Assembly: GCF_046590535.1 (NCBI RefSeq)
Contig: NZ_JBKJTG010000251.1
Coordinates: 10,995 to 74,994 of the forward strand
DNA from: Phenylobacterium sp.
Lineage (GTDB): Bacteria > Pseudomonadota > Alphaproteobacteria > Caulobacterales > Caulobacteraceae
DNA: 64,000 nt
Reading direction: 5' to 3'
Shown here: piece after piece, positions 28,859 through 36,668 of the stretch
How positions within the stretch are numbered: position 1 is the stretch's first letter
How the letters are laid out: every line of letters begins with the position of its first letter
The notes under the pieces: model-generated
Databases searched by the model: none
What the model was told of the DNA's origin: nothing
Seen by the model: only the letters and a program-made list of their open reading frames with translations
Position numbers and translations under genes: made by a program

Positions 28859-29761
28859 TTGCCTTTGTTTCGCCTGGCCCACCTCTCTGACCCGCACCTG
28901 CCGTCACCCCTGACCCTGGGACCGGCCGGCGAGCTGGTCTCCAAGCGGACGCTCAGCCGGCTGGCCTGGCGACGCAAGCACCGGCAACACGATCCGGCGG
29001 TCCTGGGGCAGATCAGCGCCGACATCACCGCCTACGCCCCCGACCACATCGCGCTCACCGGCGACCTGACCAACTTCTCCACCCAGGCCGAATTCGCCGC
29101 CGCCCGCACATGGCTGGAGTCGCTAGGCCCCGCAGACCGAGTGACCGTCAGCCCCGGCAACCACGACGCCCTGACTGCGGACGCGCAGGCCGACCGGGTC
29201 GCGGCGTTCGGGCCCTGGTTCGGCGATGGTGGCGAGGCGCACTTTCCCAGGGTTCGCCGGCGCGGCCCCGTCGCGCTGGTCAACCTCTGCTCGGCGGTCC
29301 CCACGCCGCCGCTCTTGGCCAGCGGCCGGCTGGGCGAGGCGCAGCTCGAACGACTTTCGCAGGCGCTGGACGACCTGGGCCGCGAAGGCCTGTTCCGCGT
29401 CGTGTTGCTGCACCATCCGGCGGGCGCCGGCGTGGTGTCGCGGCGCAAGGCGCTGGCGGACGGGCCCGAGTTTCGGGAGGTGTTGCGGCGTCATGGGGCT
29501 GAGCTGGTGCTGCACGGCCACGCCCACGAGGCGGTGTTCGGCGTGGTGGCGGGTCCACACGGGCCGATCCCGGTGCTGGGCGTCCCCTCCGCCTCGGCGC
29601 CTTCAGGAACGCAACACGCCGCCGCCCGCTGGCACGCCATCGAGATCGAGCCGGGTGAGGGCCTGCGGGTGATCGCCCGCGGTCTGGAAGCCCGGTCCGG
29701 CGAGGTCGGCGAGCTGGGCCGGTACGCCCTGCCCGGCCTCAGCGCAGGTATCGCAGCCTGA
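28859..29761 (+). CDS. metallophosphoesterase
   Basis: Motifs HLSDPH, TGDLTN, GNHD, HHP and GHAH occur in canonical order. TTG start. Confidence 0.8.
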   Translation: MPLFRLAHLSDPHLPSPLTLGPAGELVSKRTLSRLAWRRKHRQHDPAVLGQISADITAYAPDHIALTGDLTNFSTQAEFAAARTWLESLGPADRVTVSPGNHDALTADAQADRVAAFGPWFGDGGEAHFPRVRRRGPVALVNLCSAVPTPPLLASGRLGEAQLERLSQALDDLGREGLFRVVLLHHPAGAGVVSRRKALADGPEFREVLRRHGAELVLHGHAHEAVFGVVAGPHGPIPVLGVPSASAPSGTQHAAARWHAIEIEPGEGLRVIARGLEARSGEVGELGRYALPGLSAGIAA

Positions 29762-30212
29762 TGCGGATGGTGTTGTCCCCCGGTCCGACCGGAAAGCGCA
29801 CGGCCCGCAGGGGCGGCAGGGCGGCGGGCGTCGGCGGATCGTTGGAGAACCCGAACCCTTCCGCCGGCAGGCCCACCACCGTGCGGTCGAAATCGCTGTC
29901 GGCGTCGGCGTCATGATAGACCGCCACCGCATAGTATCCGGGCCGCGCCAGGTTGAAGCAGGCGGACGTGACCGGCGCCTGGGCCTTGGGCCGCACCCGC
30001 GCCAGCTTGCCGCCCGGCGCCAGGAAGCGCGTCGCCATGTCGGGATAGACGGTCATGGCCACCTGGCCGCGGGCCGCGCGCACGCCGCTGACCTGGACCG
30101 TGAGGGTCGAGGCGCCCGGCTGGCCCTCGCAATCGGCGGCCACGGCTGCGGGCGCCCACAGGCCAAGGGCGGCGGCCAGGGGGATCAAGGCCGATGTCCT
30201 TGCTGATTTCAC
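29739..30212 (-). CDS. DUF2141-like secreted protein
   Basis: Signal peptide. Then VAMTVYPD...F........., YAVAVYHDADADSDFDRTVVGLPAEGFGFSND, typical of DUF2141. Confidence 0.7.
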   Translation of the reverse strand: MKSARTSALIPLAAALGLWAPAAVAADCEGQPGASTLTVQVSGVRAARGQVAMTVYPDMATRFLAPGGKLARVRPKAQAPVTSACFNLARPGYYAVAVYHDADADSDFDRTVVGLPAEGFGFSNDPPTPAALPPLRAVRFPVGPGDNTIRIRLRYLR

Positions 30213-30273
30213 GGGGATGGACGAGCCTCTCGATGTATCAACCGCTGCACGTTACGGCAGGCAAGACGCCCAG

Positions 30274-30711
30274 ATGACCAACGCCACCGCCGTCAGCTTC
30301 GGCTTCCCCGAAACCTTGGTGGGCGAGACCAGGTCCTGGCTGGTGCTCGCGCGTCCCAAGCAGCCGACATTTGGCGCGCTCGTGCTAATTTGCAAGGAGG
30401 AGGCCCAGGCCTTCTCTGACCTCAGCGCCACAGCCTTCGCCGATCTTGGCCTCGCCGTGAGCGCCGTCGAGACCCTGCTTCGCAAGGTCGTGGGCTACCA
30501 GCAGATCAACTACCTGATGCTGATGATGGTCGACCGCGATGTCCATTTCCACGTGATCCCGCGCTACCAGGGCGAGCGCGTCCACGAGGGCATGAGCTTC
30601 CCCGACGCCGGCTGGCCGGGCCAGCCCGACCTGGGCGCCGCGATGGACCTGGGTCCCGAGGGCGCCGCGCGCCTGGCGGCGTTCCTGCGGCAGCAATGGC
30701 CCGCAGCTTGA
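30274..30711 (+). CDS. HIT-family (histidine triad-like) nucleotide hydrolase/transferase
   Basis: DRDVHFHVIPRY is a degenerate HxHxH motif, and the size fits the family. An alternative ATG lies at 30217. Confidence 0.65.
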   Translation: MTNATAVSFGFPETLVGETRSWLVLARPKQPTFGALVLICKEEAQAFSDLSATAFADLGLAVSAVETLLRKVVGYQQINYLMLMMVDRDVHFHVIPRYQGERVHEGMSFPDAGWPGQPDLGAAMDLGPEGAARLAAFLRQQWPAA

Positions 30712-31934
30712 GCCGAAAGCCGAGATCCGAGGGGGCGGCGCCGCATCTGGCCCTGATCGACCGCTACGTGCTGCGCATGACGGCCTGGCCTATGTTGGGC
30801 TGCCTGGGGGTCACCGTCACCTCCCTGCTCTTGGAGCGCACCTTGCGGCTGCTGGACCTCCTGTCGCAGTCCAATAGCCGGTTCGGATCGGTCCTGGAGC
30901 TGACCGCCAACCTGCTGCCCCACTACCTGGGCCTGGCCCTGCCGGTGGCCTTCTTCGTGGCCCTGTTCATCGTCATCACCAAGCTGGATGACGGCTCGGA
31001 GATCGAGGCCTTCCTGGCCAGTGGCGTGCCGCTCACCCGGCTGGCGGCGCCCTATGTGGCCCTGGGTCTGGTGCTGATGTCGATCAGCCTGGTGGTGTTC
31101 GGCTACCTGCAGCCCTACAGCCGCTACGCCTATCGCGCGGTGCTGCACGCCGCCGTCAACGCCGGCTGGGACGGTCGCCTGCACGGCGGGGCCTTCGTCA
31201 GCGACGGCGACAACATCATGACCGCCGACAGCGCCAGCCTCGAGGGCCGACGTCTGCAGCACGTGTTCATCCGCCGCGCCACGCCCGGCGGCGGCGAGGA
31301 GGTTCTGACCGCCCGCTCGGCGCAGCTCTCCCCCCAGCCGGATGGCAAGACCGTCACCCTGGTCCTGCAGAACGGGGCCCGGCTCAGCGAGAACCGCTCG
31401 GGCGACTTCGACAGCCTGCGCTTCGACACCTTCACCATGCAGACCAATGTGGCGGACGCCGCGGCGCTGCTGCGGTCACGGGGCGGCGACGAGCGCGAGC
31501 TGACGCTTACGGAACTGGCCATCCGCGCCGGATCGCCCATGCCGGTGATCCCGCGCGAGACCCTGCTGGCCGAGCTCTATGGCCGGCTGGCGCGGTCCGT
31601 CGTCCTGCCGTTCCTGCCGCTGATCGCCCTGCCGCTGGGACTGGCCGCCAAGCGCCGCCGCAGGACCGCGGGGCTGCTGCTGGCCGGCGCGCTCCTCCTG
31701 GGTTTCCAGCACGGGCTGCAGTTCGGCCAGGGTCTGGCCGAGACCGGCCGGGTGTCCCCGGAGATCGGCGTCGGCGCCCCCTTCTTCCTGTTCACCGGCT
31801 TCTGCCTGTGGATGTTCGCCGGCAGCCGCCGGCGACCGGGTGAGACGCCCATCGGGCGCTTCGTGCAGGCCCTGGGGGATTCCATAGAACGGCTCCAGGC
31901 GTTGCTCCGCCCGCGCAAGGCGGCAGCCTCATGA
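30696..31934 (+). CDS. LptF/LptG-family (YjgP/YjgQ) permease, LptF-like
   Basis: IDRYVLRM start region, six TM segments and a large periplasmic beta-jellyroll insert between TM3 and TM4. Confidence 0.8.
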   Translation: MARSLSRKPRSEGAAPHLALIDRYVLRMTAWPMLGCLGVTVTSLLLERTLRLLDLLSQSNSRFGSVLELTANLLPHYLGLALPVAFFVALFIVITKLDDGSEIEAFLASGVPLTRLAAPYVALGLVLMSISLVVFGYLQPYSRYAYRAVLHAAVNAGWDGRLHGGAFVSDGDNIMTADSASLEGRRLQHVFIRRATPGGGEEVLTARSAQLSPQPDGKTVTLVLQNGARLSENRSGDFDSLRFDTFTMQTNVADAAALLRSRGGDERELTLTELAIRAGSPMPVIPRETLLAELYGRLARSVVLPFLPLIALPLGLAAKRRRRTAGLLLAGALLLGFQHGLQFGQGLAETGRVSPEIGVGAPFFLFTGFCLWMFAGSRRRPGETPIGRFVQALGDSIERLQALLRPRKAAAS

Positions 31935-32992
31935 GGCTTGGCGGCTACGTCCTTCGGCTGGTGGCCCTGCGCATCCTGGGCGCCGCCGCCATCCTGCTGG
32001 CCGTCCTGCAGATCCTCGACCTCCTGGAAGTCACTCCGGAGATCGTCGAGCGCGGCCTGGGCCTGGCCGGGATCGTGCAGTACGCGGCCCTGCGCCTGCC
32101 GCGGCTGATCGACCAGGCGGCGCCCCTGGCGGTTCTGGCCGGGGGCATCTTCGCCTTCATGAAACTGGCTGGCGACAGCGAGATCGTCGCCATGCGCGCC
32201 TCCGGCGTCTCCGCCTACAAGCTGGTGGCCATGGCCCTGCCGGCGGCTTTGGCGGTGGTGGTGATCGACTTCGCCGCGGTCGAGCTCGTGGCGCCCAGGA
32301 CCGATCCGGCGCTGCAGTCCTGGTGGCGCGCCACCGCCCCGCCAGCGCCCGCCGCGGACCCCAAGCCGAAGGCCTTCCGGGTGGGCGGAGACGTGGTCTC
32401 GGCCGCCACCACCGACCTGACCGGCCGCAGTCTGAAGGACGTGCGGATCTACCGGCGCGACGCAGGCGGCCGCCTCACCGAGCGGATCGACGCGGCCAAC
32501 GCCACCTGGGCGCCCGGCGGCTGGCGGCTGGCCAACCCGCGCTTCGTCAGGTTCAACGCCGCCGGCGCCTCCAGCGGCCAGGCGGCCACCATCACCTGGA
32601 CGGCAGCCTTCGAGCCGGCCGACGTGCAGTCCCTGTTCTTCGGGGAGCAGACCATCTCCGCGGCCTCCGCGGGGCGCGCCCTGGCCGGCGGCGGAGCGCA
32701 GCGGCCGGACAGCTACTACGCCACGCGGCTGCAGCGCTCCATTGCCAGCCCCCTGGGCGGCCTGATCATGCTGCTCCTGGCCGCGCCCATAGCCCTGGCC
32801 AGCTTCCGCTCCAGCCAGGGGGCGATGTTCGTCACCGCCAGCCTGGGCGCGGGCCTGATGTTCCTGGTGGCGGATGGCCTGCTGGCGGCCCTGGGCGAGA
32901 GCGGCGCGGTGTCGCCCCTGCTGGCCGCCTGGACCGCCCCCCTGGTGTTCGCGGCGCTGGGAGCCACGGCGCTGATCCAGTTGGAAGGCTGA
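31931..32992 (+). CDS. LptF/LptG-family permease, LptG-like
   Basis: ATGA overlap with the preceding gene. Architecture is the same as the LptF-like gene. GDSEIVAMRASGVS motif. Confidence 0.8.
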   Translation: MRLGGYVLRLVALRILGAAAILLAVLQILDLLEVTPEIVERGLGLAGIVQYAALRLPRLIDQAAPLAVLAGGIFAFMKLAGDSEIVAMRASGVSAYKLVAMALPAALAVVVIDFAAVELVAPRTDPALQSWWRATAPPAPAADPKPKAFRVGGDVVSAATTDLTGRSLKDVRIYRRDAGGRLTERIDAANATWAPGGWRLANPRFVRFNAAGASSGQAATITWTAAFEPADVQSLFFGEQTISAASAGRALAGGGAQRPDSYYATRLQRSIASPLGGLIMLLLAAPIALASFRSSQGAMFVTASLGAGLMFLVADGLLAALGESGAVSPLLAAWTAPLVFAALGATALIQLEG

Positions 32993-34125
32993 TGGGCGGC
33001 CTCGCGCTCAGCCCGGTGCGCACCAAGGCCGAGCTCGAACGGTTCATCCGCTTGCCCATGCGCCTGAACGCCCACGACCCGGCCTGGGTCGCGCCGCTCC
33101 TGATGGAACGCCGAGAGGCGCTCTCGGCCAAATCCAACCCGTTCTTCGCCCACGCCGAGGTGGAGATGTGGCTGGCCACCCGCGACGGCGTCGACGTGGG
33201 CCGGATCAGCGCCCAGATCGACCGGCTCGCCCCCCAGGACCGGCAACGTCCCGCCGGCGCCTTCGGCCTGATCGCGGCGGAGGATGACTCGGCCACTTTC
33301 GGCGCCCTGTTCGAGGCGGCGGAAGCCTGGCTGAAGTCTCGTGGGATGGCCGCCGCCATGGGGCCCCTGAACCTGTCGGTGAACGAGGAGGTGGGGCTGC
33401 TGGTGGACGGCTTCCAGACGCCGCCCATGCTGATGATGGGCCACGACCAGCCCTATGTCGCCGGCCGCATTGAGGAACAGGGCTACGTCAAGGCCAAGGA
33501 CATCTACGCCTACATCGGCAGCCTGCACCACGGCCTGGCGCGGCTGTTCGACCGGGCCCGCCGCGACCCCATGCCGGGGGTGGTGCTCCGCCCGCTGGAC
33601 ATGTCGCGATATGCGGCCGAGGTCGCCACTCTCACCGAGATCCTCAATGACGCCTGGCGTGAAAACTGGGGGTTTACGCCCACCACTGAGGCGGAGACCC
33701 GCCACCTGGCCCAGGCGCTCAGGCCAGTGATCGACCCGGGGCTAATCTGGTTCGCCGAGATCGACGGCGAGCCGGCCGGCGTGCTGGTGGGCCTGCCCAA
33801 CGTCAACGAGGCCATCGCGGACCTGGACGGACGGCTGTTCCCGTTCGGCTGGGCCAAGCTTCTCTGGCGGCTGAAGGTGCGCGGCGTGAAGAGCGCCCGG
33901 GTGCCGCTGATGGGCGTGAAGCGCGCCTACGCCGGCACGCTCCGGGGCCAGCGCCTGCCGTTCCTGATGATGGGCGCTGTGATCACGCAGGCCCAGGCGC
34001 GGGGCTATGAACGCTACGAGTACTCCTGGATCCTGGAGGAAAACCTGGCCATGCGACGGATCTGCGAGGCGGCCCACGCGCGCATCTACAAGACCTACCG
34101 GATCTACCAGAAGGCCCTGGCTTGA
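32992..34125 (+). CDS. GNAT-like N-acyltransferase (bacterial ceramide synthase bCerS candidate)
   Basis: The ATG overlaps the lptG-like stop (TGATG). About 377 aa. The N-terminal LERFIRLPMRLNAHDPAWVAPLL region and the acyltransferase-like C-half fit the family. It is co-localised with spt. The assignment rests on context plus family resemblance. Confidence 0.6.
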   Translation: MGGLALSPVRTKAELERFIRLPMRLNAHDPAWVAPLLMERREALSAKSNPFFAHAEVEMWLATRDGVDVGRISAQIDRLAPQDRQRPAGAFGLIAAEDDSATFGALFEAAEAWLKSRGMAAAMGPLNLSVNEEVGLLVDGFQTPPMLMMGHDQPYVAGRIEEQGYVKAKDIYAYIGSLHHGLARLFDRARRDPMPGVVLRPLDMSRYAAEVATLTEILNDAWRENWGFTPTTEAETRHLAQALRPVIDPGLIWFAEIDGEPAGVLVGLPNVNEAIADLDGRLFPFGWAKLLWRLKVRGVKSARVPLMGVKRAYAGTLRGQRLPFLMMGAVITQAQARGYERYEYSWILEENLAMRRICEAAHARIYKTYRIYQKALA

Positions 34126-34904
34126 ACGGCTTCACCGCCCTGGTGCTGGCCGGGTCACGGGTCGGCGCCGATCCCGTGGCGGCCTATGCGGGCGTCACCC
34201 ACAAGGGGCTCATCGTCCTGGATGGCCAGACCCTGTTGGCCCGCGTGCTCCACGCCCTGGACGCCGCCGGCGCGGCGCGCATCTGCGTGTCCTCCAACGA
34301 CCCCGCCATCGACACCGAACTGGCCGCCATCAGCCTCAACGCCAGTGTCGAGAGGATCGAGGCGGGGGCCAGCCCAAGCCTTAGCGTCGCGCAGGCGCTG
34401 GAACACCTGGGCGCGCCGCTGCTCGTGACCACCTGCGACCACGCGCTCCTGCGCCCGGAGTGGATCCGGCAGTTCCGCAAGGACGCGCCGGCCGAGGCCG
34501 ACATCGCGGTCCTGCTCGCCCCTGAAGACGCCGTGCGCGCCGCCGCGCCGCAGACTGAACGGACCTATCTGGCCTTCCGCGATGGGCGCTATTCGGGGTG
34601 CAACCTCTTCCTGCTGCGGACGTCCCGGGCGCGGGCGGCGGTGGATCTCTGGCGCCGCGTCGAGGCGCACCGCAAGCAGCCTTGGCGGATCGCCCTGATG
34701 CTGGGTCCGGCGATGCTGTTCGGCTTCATCCTGCGGCGGCTGACCCTCGACGGGGCTGTTCGCCGGCTGGGCCGCCGTGCAGGGGTGGCGGCCACGGCCG
34801 TCCTGACGCCCTTCGGCCTGGCGGCGGTGGACGTGGACAAGCCCGCCGATCTCGATCTGGTGCGCGCCCTGGTGGCCGCCGGCGATCCGGCTCAGCGCAC
34901 GTAG
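34122..34904 (+). CDS. MobA-like NTP-transferase domain protein
   Basis: The TTG overlaps the upstream TGA. N-terminal ALVLAGSR...KGLIVLDGQTLL nucleotide-binding pattern. Confidence 0.65.
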   Translation: MNGFTALVLAGSRVGADPVAAYAGVTHKGLIVLDGQTLLARVLHALDAAGAARICVSSNDPAIDTELAAISLNASVERIEAGASPSLSVAQALEHLGAPLLVTTCDHALLRPEWIRQFRKDAPAEADIAVLLAPEDAVRAAAPQTERTYLAFRDGRYSGCNLFLLRTSRARAAVDLWRRVEAHRKQPWRIALMLGPAMLFGFILRRLTLDGAVRRLGRRAGVAATAVLTPFGLAAVDVDKPADLDLVRALVAAGDPAQRT

Positions 34905-35608
34905 CTGGCGCCGTTGATGTCGAGCACCGCGCCGGTCATCGACGCCGGCGCCTCCAGCGCCAGGTAGGCGGCGGCGCTGGCCACCTCCGCCGGGTCCGCC
35001 ACCCGGCCCAGCGGGATGTCCGCCAGGAGCTTGTCGCCGCCGCGGCTGGCCACATAGTCGTCCGCCATGCCGGTCATCACGAAGCCCGGGCAGATGGCGA
35101 AGCACAGGATCCCCTGGCCGGCGTAGCCGCGGGCGATCGACTTGCTCATGCCAATCAGGCCGGCCTTCGACGCTGCATAGTGCCAGTGCTGGGGCGAGTC
35201 GCCGCGATAGGCTGCGCGGCTGGCGATATTGACGATCCGCCCGCCGCCGGTGTCCTGGAAGTGCAGCACCGCGCGCCGGCTAAGGTCGGCGGCGGCCTGG
35301 AGATTGATCTGCAGGGTGTTCGCCCAGCCGGCCCGCCAGGCTTCGGGCTCAGCATCCACCGGCAGGGCCTCGAACACGCCGGCGTTGTTCACCAGCACGT
35401 CGATCCGGCCGCCCAGCCGCGCCAGCGCCCGGTCCCACAGGCGGTCGGCCTCGCCGGGCCGGGAAAGGTCGGCGCCCAGAACGCCCCCCCCGTCCGTGCG
35501 GCCGTGGCCGATCACCCGCGCGCCGCGCTCGGCCAGGGTGGCGACGATGGCGGCGCCGATCCCCCGCGTGGAGCCGGTGACGAGGATGTGTCGCGGATCG
35601 GACGTCAC
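34892..35608 (-). CDS. SDR-family oxidoreductase
   Basis: TGSTRGIGAAI (TGxxxGIG), NNAG and YAASKAG (YxxxK). Confidence 0.9.
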   Translation of the reverse strand: MTSDPRHILVTGSTRGIGAAIVATLAERGARVIGHGRTDGGGVLGADLSRPGEADRLWDRALARLGGRIDVLVNNAGVFEALPVDAEPEAWRAGWANTLQINLQAAADLSRRAVLHFQDTGGGRIVNIASRAAYRGDSPQHWHYAASKAGLIGMSKSIARGYAGQGILCFAICPGFVMTGMADDYVASRGGDKLLADIPLGRVADPAEVASAAAYLALEAPASMTGAVLDINGASYVR

Positions 35609-35620
35609 GGAGTTGAGGCC

Positions 35621-36376
35621 CTAGCCGGCCATCGCCCGGGCCGCCCAGCGCTCGGTGAGCGCCAGGTTGCGCGGCAGGTCGGCGGGGAAGTCCATCTCCG
35701 CCCATCCCAGGCCCTCGATGGAGGCGACGCGCACGCAGCCGCTTTCCCGGGCGATCTGGTCGATGACGCTGAGGTACCAGCGCTTCAGGCCCTCGGGACG
35801 GCGCAGCGCGGCTTCCACGTTCGCCCGGAACCGGTCGGCCCCGGGGGCGGAGAACCTCAGGAAGCCGATCGATTCGCCGTTGAACTCGGCGATGGTCTTG
35901 CCGATCGCCAGCAGCACGTCACCGTCGGTCAGCACCCGCATGTCGTCGTCGTCGTAATTGGCCTTGCGGTCGATGGTGACGGTGATCTCGGCGGCGGGGG
36001 CGGCCAGCAGCCGCTCGGCCACGTCGGGCTCGAACAGGGTGTCGCCGTTGAGCAGCAGCACCTCGCCACGCAGTTCCTCGCGCACCAGCCAGCAGGTCGC
36101 GAGGTTGTCGGTGAGCGCATAGAACGGATTGAACAGGGTCCGCACGGTCAGGCCGGGCAGGTCGAGGCCGGCGACTTCAGCGTCCACCGCGTCGGCGCCG
36201 AAGCCGGTGACCACCACCGCCTCGCGCACCCCCACGGCGTGCAGGTTGGCCAGCTGCCAATGCAAGACGGTGCGACCGGAGAGCCCGATCAGGCACTTGG
36301 GCTTGTCGTCGGTCAGCGGCGACAGCCTGCGCCCCTGGCCGGCGCTCAGGATGACGACCTTGGAAACCTTACTCAC
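35621..36376 (-). CDS. sugar/alcohol-phosphate cytidylyl- or nucleotidyl-transferase (LicC/PntC-like)
   Basis: VILSAGQGRRLSPLTDDKPKCL (GxGxRL...KP). The size and C-terminal region resemble phosphocholine/phosphonate cytidylyltransferases. The start is GTG at 36376 or ATG at 36409. Confidence 0.7.
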   Translation of the reverse strand: MSKVSKVVILSAGQGRRLSPLTDDKPKCLIGLSGRTVLHWQLANLHAVGVREAVVVTGFGADAVDAEVAGLDLPGLTVRTLFNPFYALTDNLATCWLVREELRGEVLLLNGDTLFEPDVAERLLAAPAAEITVTIDRKANYDDDDMRVLTDGDVLLAIGKTIAEFNGESIGFLRFSAPGADRFRANVEAALRRPEGLKRWYLSVIDQIARESGCVRVASIEGLGWAEMDFPADLPRNLALTERWAARAMAG

Positions 36377-36668
36377 GGAAAGACCGCCCCCATCGCGACG
36401 CCGTTGCAACGCGCCATTCTACCAGCCACCAGCCGGTTCCGACAGGCGTGGCGGGCAGCCTTTGCGCTGGTGTTCTCGCCAATCGTCGGCCCGCGGCGCA
36501 ATTCCTCGAGCCGGTGCTTGCCCGAGGCAGCTTGGATGGGCCAGATGCTTCTCGTTCGGGGTCGGGTTCGGGTAGGCGTATGACAGGCATGACGAGATGG
36601 CTGCGGAGGGCGGACGCCCTGGCCGCCGTGCTCATCCGGGCCGCCGCGCCGGGAAGCAGTTTTCGCAG

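Noticed and set aside
28781-28897. ATG at 28897 as the start of the CDP-alcohol transferase gene
   Set aside because: It would overlap the divergently transcribed metallophosphoesterase start by 39 nt, and the extra residues are Arg/Gln-rich. The TTG at 28780 is preferred, but the start remains unresolved.
34598-36583. 661-aa plus-strand ORF (and the 34155..35105 minus ORF, 316 aa)
   Set aside because: They are antisense to the SDR and cytidylyltransferase genes, or to the MobA-like gene, all of which carry clear motifs. Their composition is that of a high-GC artefact.
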